DNA of 64,000 nt from Chara braunii (taxonomy: Eukaryota > Plantae > Charophyceae): the NCBI GenBank assembly GCA_003427395.1, contig BFEA01000022.1, positions 114,504 to 178,503 on the forward strand. The letters are read 5' to 3'. Made by a program: the position numbers and the translations under genes. Below the pieces are notes generated by a model. The model was given only the letters and a program-made list of their open reading frames with translations, ran no database searches and was not told the DNA's origin. The first letter of the stretch is position 1, and every line of letters begins with the position of its first letter. Below are positions 39,801 to 53,009 of this stretch, piece after piece.

Positions 39801-42391
39801 GTTGATTTAGTGCGCACCCAGACCCGACATGTCCTGGTGCGCGCCTTGGCTAAGCATTGTTGTTTCAGTGTGCGCCCAAACCTGAACTCGATGTTTTAGC
39901 GTGCGCCCACGTTTTGTATTGCAGATTTAATGCTCGCCCGGGCTCAGCAATGATGATCTAGTGTGCGCCCATGCTAGGTGTTGTTGATATGATGCATGCC
40001 TTGACTTGAGAGTGCAGGGCCTGTTGAGAAGAATGACCCTAGAGCGAGCGCCATACCAATATGATCAAGTTGGAACTGAGTGCTTTATGGGATTCACACT
40101 TGAGAGCCAATAATAAAATGTTTTGGCATCCCATCCCGCTGATTTAATCCCTTGTTGATCAGTCCCTGCGCAGGCAGTAATTGCAGTTCAGTCCTTACGC
40201 AAACGGTAATTGTTGTTTAATCCTTATGCAAACGATATTTTTCCTGCACAGGTGATATTTGCGGTTCAGTCCCAGCACAAATAATTTTTGCGTAGTCTAG
40301 CCCAGTGTATACGACATTTTATGATGGGTCCCTGTGTATGCGATGCCTTGCTGATCAATCCTCATATTTTGACCCACTTGCTGCGGAGACACATTCATAG
40401 TATTGGTTACATTGAGTTGCTGCTACTGTTCAGCCGAGTACTTTCAGGCGGGCCCATCCTTTGAGATTAATGCTATTCAGTCGGGCCCATTCAGGTGGGC
40501 CTATATCGAGTTGCAGTTTGCTGAGTCAGCCGGGCCCGTTAAGGCGCCTATATTGAGTTGCTTTTTGTTGATTCAGCAGGGCCCATTCAGGCCGGCCCCT
40601 ACATTGAGTTGCAGTTTGCTGATCAGTCAGGCCCATTCAGACGAGCCCCTACATTGAGTTGTTGTTCGCTGTCCAGCCAGGCCCATTCAGGTGGGCCTTT
40701 TTCACTAAGTTGTTGATTGCTGTTCAGTCGGGTCCAAGTATTGGAGGGAGCATTACACTCGCAGGGGTGCAGCCATTGTCCAAGCTGGCCCGTCATCGTG
40801 AGATAGCCCCTACGTGGGGCAAACTAGTTGAGAAAGTTTGCTACCGACATGTGGGGCATCTGACCTTCGTCATCAGGGCCAATACGTCTCCTACCTCAAG
40901 ACACACGCTGGTGATTACCTACTCGGTAAAGGGGGCAGGGAAGGATGGAGTGAAGGGTACCACTTACGATAGGATCGCATACTACATATTTCACAGGGAG
41001 AGCTATTGGAGGGATAACTGGCTGCATGTGGTGTTCCCTCACGTACCTTCAGCGCTCGGGGGTGTACTCTTTGACTTTGATGGGTGTAATCCCAAACCCC
41101 TCAGCGAAGCACGCAGTAAGGGGAAGAAACTGAAGGACGACGGATCATGAGGGACATAGCCAGGTATGGGATCCCAATCACTACTTGCGTGCAACGGTCA
41201 GAGACAAATGAGTCTGCCCTTGACCCTTGTAGCGTGAGCGACGTCGATCTCGACGACTGCTTCAACTGGGACACTCATAGGGACCGAGTCTGTTAGTGGT
41301 AGCTGAGCGTTGAAGACCGGTAAGCAGCGGCGACGGAAAGCGACATTGAGGAGGATTGCACATCTTCTAGCATGGTATCTGCTCGAGGGTGATTAACTTG
41401 TATATGTCAGGCGAGCCTAAGGCCGAGTCGATTGTCGGACCCCCAAGGGGGGAAAATCCAGTCCCATACCTTGGAGATGGCCACAACCATTTGCTCCGGG
41501 CAAATTTTGCTATGTAGGTTTTTCAAAAGCCCCTTTATGGGGAGCATTTTCTGGACGTTTCGTACGTCTACATCGACAGGAGAGGACGGATCGAGATATT
41601 GATCGGAGCTATGAGCGATATTATCCTTAGGAGGAGCTTCACCTTAGGAGTGTTGCAGATGAGGAGATGCCTAGATGCATGACATATATCAGCAAGATCG
41701 ATCCTGCAGCACAGCTGGATATCAGCTATGTTGTCCGAGAGTCGATAGCAACCAGGGTTCTTAATGATGAGGAGAACCAACGTGTGCCTGATATGGAGTC
41801 TTGGACAATAGGGCCTACTCACGAGGGGTTACCACTTATCATTATCGATTGAGACTCTCTCCTTCTAGTCAAAGTGATGTATTATGATATTACTATGATT
41901 TATGAGTGACAACGACCCTCCAATGGCTGCTCCCTGCATACTCTATGTATTACTCTTCAGTCTTGTGTCTTTCGTCATGCTCTTGCAAAGTCTAGTTTCT
42001 GGCCTTCTTGTTCTTTCAGTGCCACTTGTTCTATGATGCATGTAATATATCATTTCCTCTTTACATTACACAGGGTACACTCAAGGCTACTTGAAGGACT
42101 CCTGGATAATAGGGACTCTGGTGACCTCGAATCTAACCTTTATACGGGGTCAGGTGCAAGCGATAAAACCGAACGCCTCACTCTAGGTCGTGTGGCCGCT
42201 GGTAGGAAGGATATTCCTGACTATTTGACTGTATGACTACGTGTGACAAAAGTTGTTTCTAAATGCATCTTTATTTAATTTCCTTTATACTTACCAAAAT
42301 TATGTGTGACAGTCTGCCAGTCCACCAACCCACTGCACTCAGCTCGGGGAGGGACATCGAACCTGACCGTGGAAGCGGTGGGGGCGCGGCA
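36894..42391 (+). repeat. 3' LTR (5498 bp)
   Basis: TGTCGGAGGCCAAC...GGGGCGCGGCA; homologous to 15365-20714 with many transitions and indels. Confidence 0.9.
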
Positions 42392-43469
42392 ACGTGTCCA
42401 CACGTCACGGTCTTTTCGATCGGAACCTCACCGTACCTTGAAGGTATATCGCAGTGAACGACGATGGAGCAACGCACTCGCAGAGAAGACGACGCTGGCA
42501 CAACGAAGCTGACGTCGTGCAAGAAAGTGTGCGGGGAATCACAAAGCAACAGGGTAGCGCTAATGACGCGAAAGATTTTGCCTGCAGCTCTCGTCCTGGT
42601 CCGCAAGGTGACGTTCGTCTTGTAAGCCCTTTACCCTGGCAAAGCCCGACCATGTGATGCACACATGAAACGGTCCGACCAGGCCACATTTCAACCTTTT
42701 TTTTTTCGGGTGCATTAGGGCCCCTTCACGAGTGGCGAAAACGGTCTGCATGCGCATCATGACGTTCTCAAGCGATACGCGCAGTTGTAGCCTGTCCGTT
42801 CGATTCGAAAATTGAATGGCTCGTCAAGGCCTCGCCTTCGGTTTTTTTCACAACTGGTGAATTTCACACCCTCTCCCCCCCCCCTTTCCTGCTGCGAAAA
42901 AGGCCGCCTAGCGTGTGGCGAAAAATTGCCCGCGTGCACGTTCTGAGGTGCCGGTTCCAGTTTCGGATTGTGAATCATACCGCCACACCACGACCCAAAT
43001 ACGCTGAACAACTGGCGTGGATGGAATCCGGCGGCATCACGACTGTCACGACCGCAGGCCTGCATGCGCGACGAGGGCCCGATTTCGATCTTCGAAAAGG
43101 CCTTCTAGTCCGAGCGGAGGGCCCATTGCAAATCGGAGGTGTACAAGCCTGCAAATCAAAGTCGACCCCCCCAATGCTCATTTTGCCTTTTCTCATTTCG
43201 TTGGGGAGATGCTGTCCGACAGACCACCCGTAGTTTCTCTATCGTCAACATCAGCACCCGTCACTCGCGGTGATTGACGCCATCGATATCTCAAGTGCCC
43301 TGGACAACCTCAACGCCATCGCCGTAGCTCTTCTTAAAACCAGGACACACGTCCTTTGTTGTGGTCACAAGCACTGCATATAACCTCACGCCACACACCC
43401 ACCCCTACTTGCATCTTCTAGTACCTTTTGCGTCTTGATCTTCGGTGCTCCACGTCATCTCTCACTGTG

Positions 43470-44018
43470 AAACCGCGCGTTCATTGAACGCGGGTTTTCC
43501 GTTCAGAAATTGAACGGAATGCACGCGCGTTCAATGAACGGGACCGAACGCGGAGTTCAATTTCGCGAGGGGAAAAAAAAAAAAAAAAAAAAAACCCTCA
43601 AAAGATTTCGAAAAAACAAATATGTTATGAAGAAAAATAAAATAAACAACATTTGCCTGAACATTACATCTAAATTCGTTACCTAATTGGAAAACAAAAT
43701 AAAAAACAGAAAATAAAAAAAAAGTAAAAAAAGAATTGAAATTAGTGAGCGAACACGATTTGACACCGCCATTTTTGGCGATTTTTCATTTTTTTTGCCT
43801 TAGCAAAATGACTCCGAAATTGAGAGGCATGTACCTCACATCATACAGAACTCGTAAAAAAAAATCAGAAAAAAAAAGTTATTTTTAGGCATTAAAATAA
43901 TTTTGTTTAAAAAAATAAAAAAATAATTGAACGCTGTTCAATTTTGAACGCGAACGCGCAATCCGCGTTCAAACGCACATTTGGACACGAAAGCGCGTTC
44001 ACGGCGTTCAAACGGTTT
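43470..44018. mobile_element. MITE-like element with TGAACGC/GCGTTCA subterminal repeats and AT-rich core
   Basis: AAACCG / CGGTTT ends; clusters of (T)TGAACG(C) at both ends; 43480-43515 identical to 22494-22529; no clear TSD. Confidence 0.6.
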
Positions 44019-44269
44019 TTCGACGGCCTGTTGACCGGCTTGCCTTGCATGCAAGTAGCTCGTTCAACGCAAACATTTCGCCGCCACAGTCATCACGTGA
44101 TGTCACTGCCACTGCGCTTTCCACGAGAATCTTTTGGGTGCACATGTTCCGTCCTCCTGACAAGATCTTCATCGTGGTGAGTGTAAACGCAAATAGGGAT
44201 CGTGAATGGAACAAAAGAATTGGACGACGAATGTGACATTCACGTTGGCGATGAGTTCTGTATGCGCGT

Positions 44270-45760
44270 GTGAACACCAGCGTGGGTGTGCACGTGCGTG
44301 TGTGTGTGTGTGTGTGTGTGTTTGTGTGTGCTTGTGCATTTGAAAGAGTGTGTGTGTGGTGGGACATGTGTATTTGCCTGTTCGTTCGTTTTCATGTGTG
44401 TGTTTGGGTGTGCACACGTGTGCACGTTTGTAAATGTATAAATGTGTGTCTGCAAGTCGTAATGAGCCAGGCGTTCGATCATTGGACAGTTCCATCATTC
44501 GATTATGTCGCAACCCGTTTTCGCTAGCAAAAACTCCAGTGAATAATGAATCGCGCATCCAATCAATCAATCGCTCAATCAACAAATCGTTTCATTGATC
44601 CCGATCTATTGATTGATCGACTGAACCCCATACAAGTTGTCTTTCGATCGAACGAAGAAAGATTTGTCGACCAAACCGAACGAATGAACTGATCGAATGA
44701 TTGAATATTTCATTCGATAGAGTTGACAAACACTCGTTCAACCTTCCAATCAACAATTCAATCACTTGTGTTTGCTGGTGTGTGCTCGTGTGTTTGGTCA
44801 TGTGTGTGTGTGCATGTTAATTCGACTCAATCAATATTCAATCTTCGAATCAAACGGGACCATCCTGGTTGTGTGTATGTGTGTGTGGGCATGTGTGCGC
44901 ATGTGTGCGTGTGTGTTTGGTTATTATACAACCAAACGTTTGATCAGACGAGTGATCCTTGAAACAGTTCGCCCGGCCAATCAATCAGTCGATGGATCAA
45001 CAGATCGTTCCCGATCTGTTGATTGATCGACTAATTGATTATTGTTCATGTTGTTAGGTGTATGCGCGTGTGTTTGTTCATGTTTGTCTGCGCTTATCGA
45101 TTTAGTCGAATGAATTATTTGATCGACCTATCATTCTCTTCATTCGGTATGATCAAGAGCGTTTGTGGAACAAACCAATCAACGGACCATACCGTGCCAC
45201 CAAACAAACGGACAATCCATCCAATGTATCAGACGGACGATCCTTGAGTCGGTTCGTTGGACACATCATTATAGCAAGCAAGCGATTGATCTATTAGTGG
45301 CTTCCCGTCCAATCAATCAGTCGATTGATCAACAGATTGTTCCCGATATATTGATTGATTGATTGACTGATTGTCGTTATGTTTGCAGGCGTGTGCGCGC
45401 GTGTTTATTCATGTATGTATGTGTATGTGTGTGTGTGTGCGAGTGTGTGCATAAGCTTGCGTATGTTTGTAGTTACTATCGAACCAAACGTTTGATCCTC
45501 AAGTCGGTTTGATCGACAGATCGTTGCTACGATCCAGCGATCAATCAATCAATGGATCGCCCATCCAATCACTCAACGGATTGAGCAACAAATCAGTCTC
45601 GGTCTGTTGATTGATCGATTGTTTGATTGTCGAGCGATTCGTTGATTGATCGAGTAATAGATGGTGGAAAAGATCTGTCGCCCAAACTTAGGGAGTGGAC
45701 TTATCGACGGAAACTCATTCGGTCGTTCATTAGAGAGACCATTTGTGTTCGTATGTTTGT
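44270..45760. repeat. Low-complexity region of (GT)n tracts alternating with ATCAATC/GATTGAT/GATCGA motifs
   Basis: Recurrent block caatcaatcagtcgat..atcaacagat.gttcccgat.t.ttgattgat at ~44980 and ~45310. Confidence 0.6.
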
Positions 45761-45923
45761 GCGCCCGTGCGTGGTGAAGCGAGAAACGGTCGCAGGTGTC
45801 AGACAATTTCTCACAGGATCATCTTTGTGCAAGATGTTTCCTGATAGACCGATGAACAACATTGGCCATCGGGTTACATCGAACCTTGTTCATCAATGAA
45901 GCTATCACTATTACAGTTCGTCG

Positions 45924-45972
<49 letters not shown>

Positions 45973-45989
45973 ACTTTCTCTCTCTCTCA

Positions 45990-48300
45990 ACAAAAGAAGT
46001 TCGGATGTTGGCGGACTTGGTAAAATTTCGGGCAAAAATACTTTAGCAGTTGTCCCTTCTCGCCAATATTTGAAATTCGGATGCCAGCGAACCTCGTGTT
46101 TTCACCTATCCTCCGTTGTGACGGAGGTATTCCTGGTGCCGCATGGAATGGGAAAACACTATAAGTTTGTCGGCATCCTGAACTTCACATATTGTCCAAA
46201 TGGGGGGACTGAAAAAGTTCAGCGACATCCGAACTTCAAATATTGGCTAAATCTGCTGCTGGATTTTACATATAGGCGAAGAAGGACAACAGAAGAAGTT
46301 CGGATGACAACGGACTTGGCAATATGATGGGCAAATATACTTCATCAATTGTCCTTTCTCTCCAATATTTGAAGTTCGGATACCAGCGAACTTCGTGTTT
46401 TCACCTATCTTCCGCTGTAACAGGGGGAGTTTGAGGTCTTTCTGGTGCCGCATGGGATGGGAGAACATTACAAGTTCGCCGACATCTGAACTTCACGAAT
46501 TGACGGTATTGTTCAAACGGTTCGCCAAAACTGTTGTCGAACTTCACATACTGGCGAAGAAGGACAACAGAAGAAGTTCGGATGAAAGTGGACTTGGCGA
46601 TATTCCGGGACAATAAACTTCGATAGTTGTCCTTTCTCGCCAACATTTGAAATTCGGATGCGGACGAACTTCGTATTATCACCCATACTCCGCTGTCACT
46701 CAGGTCTTCTTGGTGCCGCATGGGATGGGAAAACACTAGAAGTTCGCCAACATCCAAATTTCATGTAGCGTGGGGGTACCGAAGAAGTTCGGCGGCATCA
46801 GAACTTCAAATAGTGGCCAAATCTGCTGCCGAACTTCACATATTGGTGAAGAAGAACAACAGAAGAAGGTCGGATGCTGCCGGACTTGGCAGACTACACC
46901 TAGTGTCCAAACGGGGGGGACTGAAGAATTATGACGGTCGCCACACTTCAAATATTGGTCGAATCTACCACCGGACTTCATTGATGGCCTTATCGTTTTG
47001 ACCAGAAAAAGTTCCGACAACCGGGTACTTTAAAGCTCTACTCCTCCACCATGAGAGAAAAAATTCGCATGTCAAGGAGAGTTGTTCCAGCAAGAGTCGA
47101 AGTTCGCTCGGATCCGAACTTCGTTCATTGTGGAAAGGGTCGTGTGGTCCACTATTGTTATCAACACGGGTCAGATCTTTGTGGAACACTGGAGAAAACT
47201 CTAGTGCAATGAGGAAAAGGATGACTGGGGTTTAAGAGTCCTCTCTAGTTTTCAGAAAGATGGGAGCGTTGTTGGTACCAAAAGTGAACCATGAGACCAG
47301 TCCTAGAATGTTCGAAATTCGGATCCCGACAAACTTCAAATATTATCCGTTCCCGGCGTTCCGTCTATTTTGAAGACCACATCCCACACCTATCGAAGTT
47401 CATCGGGATCAGTGCATATCGCATCGCAGCAACATGCTTGGATGCACCCGCGGACAGAGAAGACCCCAATCACCGCAGACAATGGATGGATACACTACGT
47501 TCATCTATTTCCGAACCTCACATGTTGGCAAGAAAGGACGATTGAACAAGTGCGGATGTTAGTGGACTCCGATAAATCTAGGGTGAAAAAACTTCTTGAG
47601 TTATCATTTTCCACGAATATGTGAAGTCCGGATACCGGCGAACTCCATATATTCACCCATCTTCCACCGTCACTGGGTCTTCCAGGTGCCACATTGGAGT
47701 TGTGAATGCTCGTAGTTCGTCGACATCCGAACTTCACGTTGTGTCAAAATGGGGGGACTGAAAATGTTCGTCGGTATCCAAACATGTCACATTGTCCATA
47801 TCGACCGTCGAACTCCGTTGGTTGAGTACACGGATTGACCAGAAGAAGGTTGAATACCTCCAAGTTTTAACGCTAGGCTCCTTTGGTGCGAGACAACAAG
47901 TCTTCATGTCAAGGAACCCCATTCCCGCAACAATTGAAGTTCAATGGAATCCGAACTTTGAACAATGTGGGCAGGGTCGTGTGGTTCACTGTCGGTGTTG
48001 AGACCCATTCCTTCTTCGCAGAACACGAGAGACAACTCCGAGTCAGGTCCGAAATCTTGGGGACTTGGAGTTCCCTCCCGTTTTCTGCAAAGATTGTTGC
48101 CTTGTTGGTAGTGACAACAAACCACACAACCCTTCCCGCAATGTTCGAAGTTCGGATGTCGGAGGACTTCCAATATTGTCCGTACTATGCGATCGATGCC
48201 AGTGTCACCCGCAAGAAATAGTCGGATGATAGGTAATCCCTCCACAAAGATTGTTCGCAGTTGGGTGTTAGAAGACCTTTGTATGCGAAGTTCGTCGTGA
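45990..48300. repeat. Degenerate ~280-300-bp tandem repeat built on GAAGTTCGGATG / CATCCGAACTTC motifs
   Basis: Units at ~45995, ~46295, ~46570, ~46860 and ~47545 share blocks such as ggacttgg, gttgtcctttctc, ggtgccgcatgggatggga. Confidence 0.75.
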
Positions 48301-48847
48301 TCCGGACTACAAACATAGTCCACATGTTGTGCTATGAAAAAGATGCAATGATAACATCGCGTGCGGTTCTAGATTCACCACCGTGGTCATGATGTCTTGG
48401 CAGGGCCTGCGTTGTGGTTTGTCGGTGAGTGAACTGTTGCTGCTGAGATTTGCCCAATCCTGACCTTGTTGTCGGACCAAATACCCTTACAAATGTATTT
48501 GGCCATGCTTTTGTAGTCAATAGAACGACGACATCGACTACCAAGACGGGGCCGGTGTGAAATGAAAACGTGTGCATGCTTTAGCACGACACTTGAAAAC
48601 GATTTCCTTGATGATTGAGGCCGGGGCAAATCGGTGAGGAAATTTCATTAATATGCATGCGCGTTGTCGCGAGCGGCGGTCCTGCGCCCTGATGGAGAGC
48701 GTTGAACCTCACGGTCGTGTCACGCAGGATGTTTTGTCTGAAAAAGAACCAATCACCACTCCAACCGTGCGCGTGTGGTATACCTCTCACGACGCCCTGC
48801 GACAGGTCAGGACGTCGCCAGGTACAACTTACCTCTACCCAAGGGGC

Positions 48848-49690
48848 TGTCACCACCCTTAGGTAAGCGTATCCCTGCTGAGCTACCGGCCCACATGCGA
48901 AGGCTTTTACATGCCTTTGTAGAGGTAGGTCGGCCGAGGGCGTTTTCTCGATCGCTGTAGCACAAAATGAGGTACGCGCGGTAAGACGCCTAGGACTGAC
49001 CCGTCAGATATTCAGGTCGAACTTTGAGATGGTCGTCTACTTCCGCCTGTGTTCCCAAAATACATTATCCTTCTGACCACTATGTTCAATGTATCAAAAC
49101 AAACCTTGTCACTACCAAAGATATTCTATTCTACTCAACGTATGATTGATCATCAGATAATATAGAACTTATATAAGACTTGATTATGAATATCGAGGTA
49201 TTACCGCTGGGAACCCTTCCAACTTTTACAAGAGCTGAGTGTCAAAGACTCTTCAACAGATCAGGTCCAGTTCAATCCAAACCCACGAACAGAACACACT
49301 TGTACAGAATAATGCAAAGACAATCAACATGTCATGCACTAACGGCGTCAACCATAAATCCATACCTCAGACATTGTCCCTCACTTCCCAAACCATGTAT
49401 GACAGCTCTATCTTTCTCGAGACCTAAGCCCAACCCCCTCACATTTCTTCAAAGGACCCTTGAGAGTGACCGGGACCATTTAGGCAATGACCACAGGTGA
49501 CAGTTTTGTTGACCACAGGGTTTGACTTTAGATGTGGGTATCAAGTCAAAGAGGGAAAAGTTGAATCGGCAACGACCGACCTGTTATCGAGTGATAACAG
49601 AAAATTGAGTCTTTTATGTATGACTTCTCCTTCAATTGTAGTAGGCCAAAGCAAAAACCTGCACACACACAGATCAACAAGGATTCAACA
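48848..49690 (-). mobile_element. 3' LTR of a truncated minus-strand LTR retrotransposon
   Basis: Minus strand TGTTGAATCC...GGTGGTGACA, directly preceded by PPT-like AGTGGGAAATTGAGTGGGGA (49691-49710); TATA-like motif ~49170; no partner LTR or pol seen. Confidence 0.6.
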
Positions 49691-50018
49691 TCCCCACTCA
49701 ATTTCCCACTTATTGATATTTAAGGGTCAAGCTCTTAGATCTGGTTTGTGAGTTATTCTCAGTACTCGCATTTTCTTTCTTGCGGATAAGCACACCCTCT
49801 GGTGCTTATGCGGTAGTCTCGCCGAGATCAACTCAAGCCGGTTGCAGTTTCTCCCTTAGGAGTCTATCAAAGAACTAAGGTTACGCGGAGCTTTGTCTTT
49901 TCCAACCCTTTTCCCTGCGGTATTCGCTTTCTTTCTAGTTCCTTTTAAAGCACCTTTGGAGTCGCTCCCGATGGAGCATTTCCTTTTTCCCTTTTTCTTC
50001 TTCTTGTCCTAACATACG

Positions 50019-51495
50019 CAAGTAGTGGGCTGATTCACCCGGAAATCTTCCACTACTTGGTCAATTCCAAACAATCTGTTAGTCTGAAGAGTAGTCGAGT
50101 CGCCCCTCAGTCACTCCTCAAAGTACATGCAGTCCTTATGCAATCAAGCAGTTCAAGCAATCTAGTGCAAGCGACAGAATAACTCACCCGGGAGTATCCT
50201 TTTATTAGTTAGGCAGGTAGTTAGGAGGTCTATGTTGAATCGTCTCAGCACTTGACCCATCATTCAGAAAACATTCCAGATCCAGATGTCAATACAGAAT
50301 TCAAGTTAGTAATAGATGGTCTTCACGGAAGCCTCCTATTTCTCCTTGATTTGAGCTCAGTATTATCCTCAAAAGTGTAATAGGATGACCCTACGGAAGT
50401 CACCCTATTATTTTCTTAGAGTCAGACGAGTTAGGATTATGTTAGTGGACTCGGACAAACACCAGATCCTCCCTTTGCTAGAGTATCCAATTAGACCCGT
50501 TAAGATAGACTCAAGCAAGCAATAGGATGACCCCACGGGAGCCTCCCATTTCCTGCTTCAATGTTAAATAAATAGATTTATATCACCCATTAGTCATACC
50601 TGAACAAGTAGTAGGGTTACTCACCCGGGAGTATCCCTCTACTTGTCCAAACAAAATCACCTCACTCCCTTTCCTCAGTTAGTAGATCCCCAAACCAAAC
50701 AAGTATTAGGATAACCCTCCCGGGATTCATCCTACTACCAATTTGATCCGTAGGAGATCAATCAACACAACTCTTGGCGGAGTTGCCCTGACAGCTCACT
50801 TAACTGGCCTATGCATCCTAACTTAACAAAAGGTATGTCGACTCTCACGAGAAGTCGAACAGATCAACCCAAACTTAGGGCTTCGAGTACTCACCCGGGA
50901 GTACGCAATTCCTATCCCAGTTTGGTTCGATCGGTGATAGGAGAACCCCACGGGGGCCTCCTGCTACCTTTTGCCTTGGTTAGTCGTTGAAGACACGTAC
51001 CTTACGAGAGTAGCGGATTAACTTTGCTTTTGTGAATTGTTTGAAGAAATGTACCCCACGGGAGTACCAGATCACTTTGCTTTTGTCAATTGTTTGAAGA
51101 AATGTACCCCACGGGAGTACCGGATCACTTTGCTTTTGTCAGTTGTTTGAGGAAATATACCCCACGGGAGTACCGGATCACTTGCTTTTGTCAGATGTCT
51201 GAAGTCTTGTACCCCACGGGAGTACCGGATCACTTGCTTTTGTCAGATGTCTGAAGTCATGTACCCCACGGGGGTACCGGATCACTTTGCTAGACCTAGC
51301 CTGTAAGGCAATGAGAAAGCTGCACGACAACCTCCCGTCACAAACGTTGAAATCAAGCAGACATTGCATCAATTTGTTACTTTAGATGGACGAATGGCAG
51401 GGTAACTTCGCGCGGCGAGTATCCTGTCATCTGTCTCAGTTAGCTCATACAAGCAGTGTGACGACCCCTCGGGAGTCTCCATCACACTGCCTTAT
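50019..51495 (-). repeat. Array of ~18 stem-loops with shared apical motif (plus strand CCCACGGGAG / CACCCGGGAG / CACGGAAG), including five ~53-bp tandem units at 51021-51290
   Basis: Examples: caagtagtgg..cacccggaa..ccactacttg; taataggatgaccctacggaagtcaccctatta; acaagtagtagggttactcacccgggagtatccctctacttgt; gcagtgtga..ccctcgggag..tcacactgc. Confidence 0.8.
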
Positions 51496-52258
51496 GTTTC
51501 AGAACCAAGCAGACTAGGTTCCTCTTGGTTTATCCTAGGTTCCTTTCTTCCATCAAGCAGGATTCTTACTTCAATCATACGTTTATTCAATTCTTCCTGG
51601 AAGTTTTAATCCTGAAGAAAACAAGAGGATGTATAACATGCATCCATACATGCAGCCCAATAGAGAGTCGTAGTCAGTAAGGGATACGGGAAAGGAATAG
51701 GTGACGCGTACCTCATGGTTCCCTGCCTCCGGAGTTCCTCCTGAACTCCGGCAGAGCTCCCGTAAATTGCCGCAATCGCCCTGCTTTGTCAGACTGTCTG
51801 AACATCTGTCTTTCACAGAGTAGACTTTTATTTTGATGTAATTTATACCTTATCAGAGAGTTGTAAAAACCAAGGAAATGAGGGGATTAGATTACGGGAG
51901 AAATGGAGACGGATGGAGGAGGTAGATGTCGTCACATGGTGCCGATGTCTCGCTCCTCTCCAGTACTCCACCTCTCTTCAAACCTGATCTTCCTCCACTT
52001 CCCCTATTGTCAATCAACAAAGAATTACAGACCGATGGTTAATAACAACAACAATCAATATTCTTGGACAAATATGGAGACAAAAAGAAAAACTGAGGGG
52101 TTCAGATCAAAGAGAAGGGAGAAGGGAGAAGGGTTGGAGGAAGTAGATGTCGTCATACAGTGACGACTTTTTTCTGCTCTCCAATGTCCCACATCCCCTC
52201 CATTTCTGGCCCCATGATGCCTAATGATAGCAGTATCAATCATAAATTAATAACCAAC

Positions 52259-52298
<40 letters not shown>

Positions 52299-52972
52299 GG
52301 ATTTTGAGTGATATACAAAACACCAAGTTGTGAGTCTGACGGATGTTATAAGTAAACATGCATGAGTATAGAGTACAAATGCACCGAGTATCTATCCAAA
52401 TAGAGCAATATAATGAAGTAATGAGCCAATGTTCAGGTCCGTAGGCCATATTGTCCCAAAATCTGGGATCACTCCTTGCTGTCAAGTGCCCGTAGGTTGT
52501 GGGGGTTCAGTCAGTTGACCTGTTGTCTGTAGGTCCTAGCGGTTCCTGAGGTTCGTAGCTGTTACGATCCCTAGGATATCAAGGTCGTAGTTGCTACAGT
52601 ATTGAAGGGCCAAATTCATAGACTTCCGGAAGGTCCGGAAGTAACCCGTCAATCGTTACTTGCGGCACAACAAAAGGAAACGGGCAGGCGTGTAATCTGT
52701 CATGTTGAGTCTGCGGGTCCCAGTCCCGATCTCATCAAAGTCCAGTTCGGTAAGGTACCGTATGAGACTATGCATACTCAGAGACCGAAGGAAAGGAGGC
52801 AGATCAACGACATACAAAAGTATAAATCGAGAGGCAGTGTCCAGTTATTTATTCATCCCCGCTGAAGCCATGCTGAAGCGCTACCTGTGCGACTGCGTCT
52901 GTCTGCCCGCCTGTTCGTATGCATTTGAAGTGAGAACGAAGGCAGGTATGTTTGTAATTATGAACACAAATG

Positions 52973-53009
<37 letters not shown>

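Larger units (their letters stand above)
15365..42391 (+). mobile_element. Giant decayed Ty3/gypsy (non-chromovirus) LTR retrotransposon, ~27 kb including a 4.3-kb nested insertion
   Basis: Two long direct repeats bounded by TG...CA; PBS after the 5' LTR; domain order gag-PR-RT-RH-INT; flanks acat / acgt fit a short TSD with one transition. Confidence 0.9.

Noticed and set aside
51021-51290. CRISPR-like appearance of palindromic tandem units (also 33690-34045 and the LTR arrays)
   Set aside because: Spacers are near-identical rather than unique, there are no cas genes, and the context is a eukaryotic retroelement.
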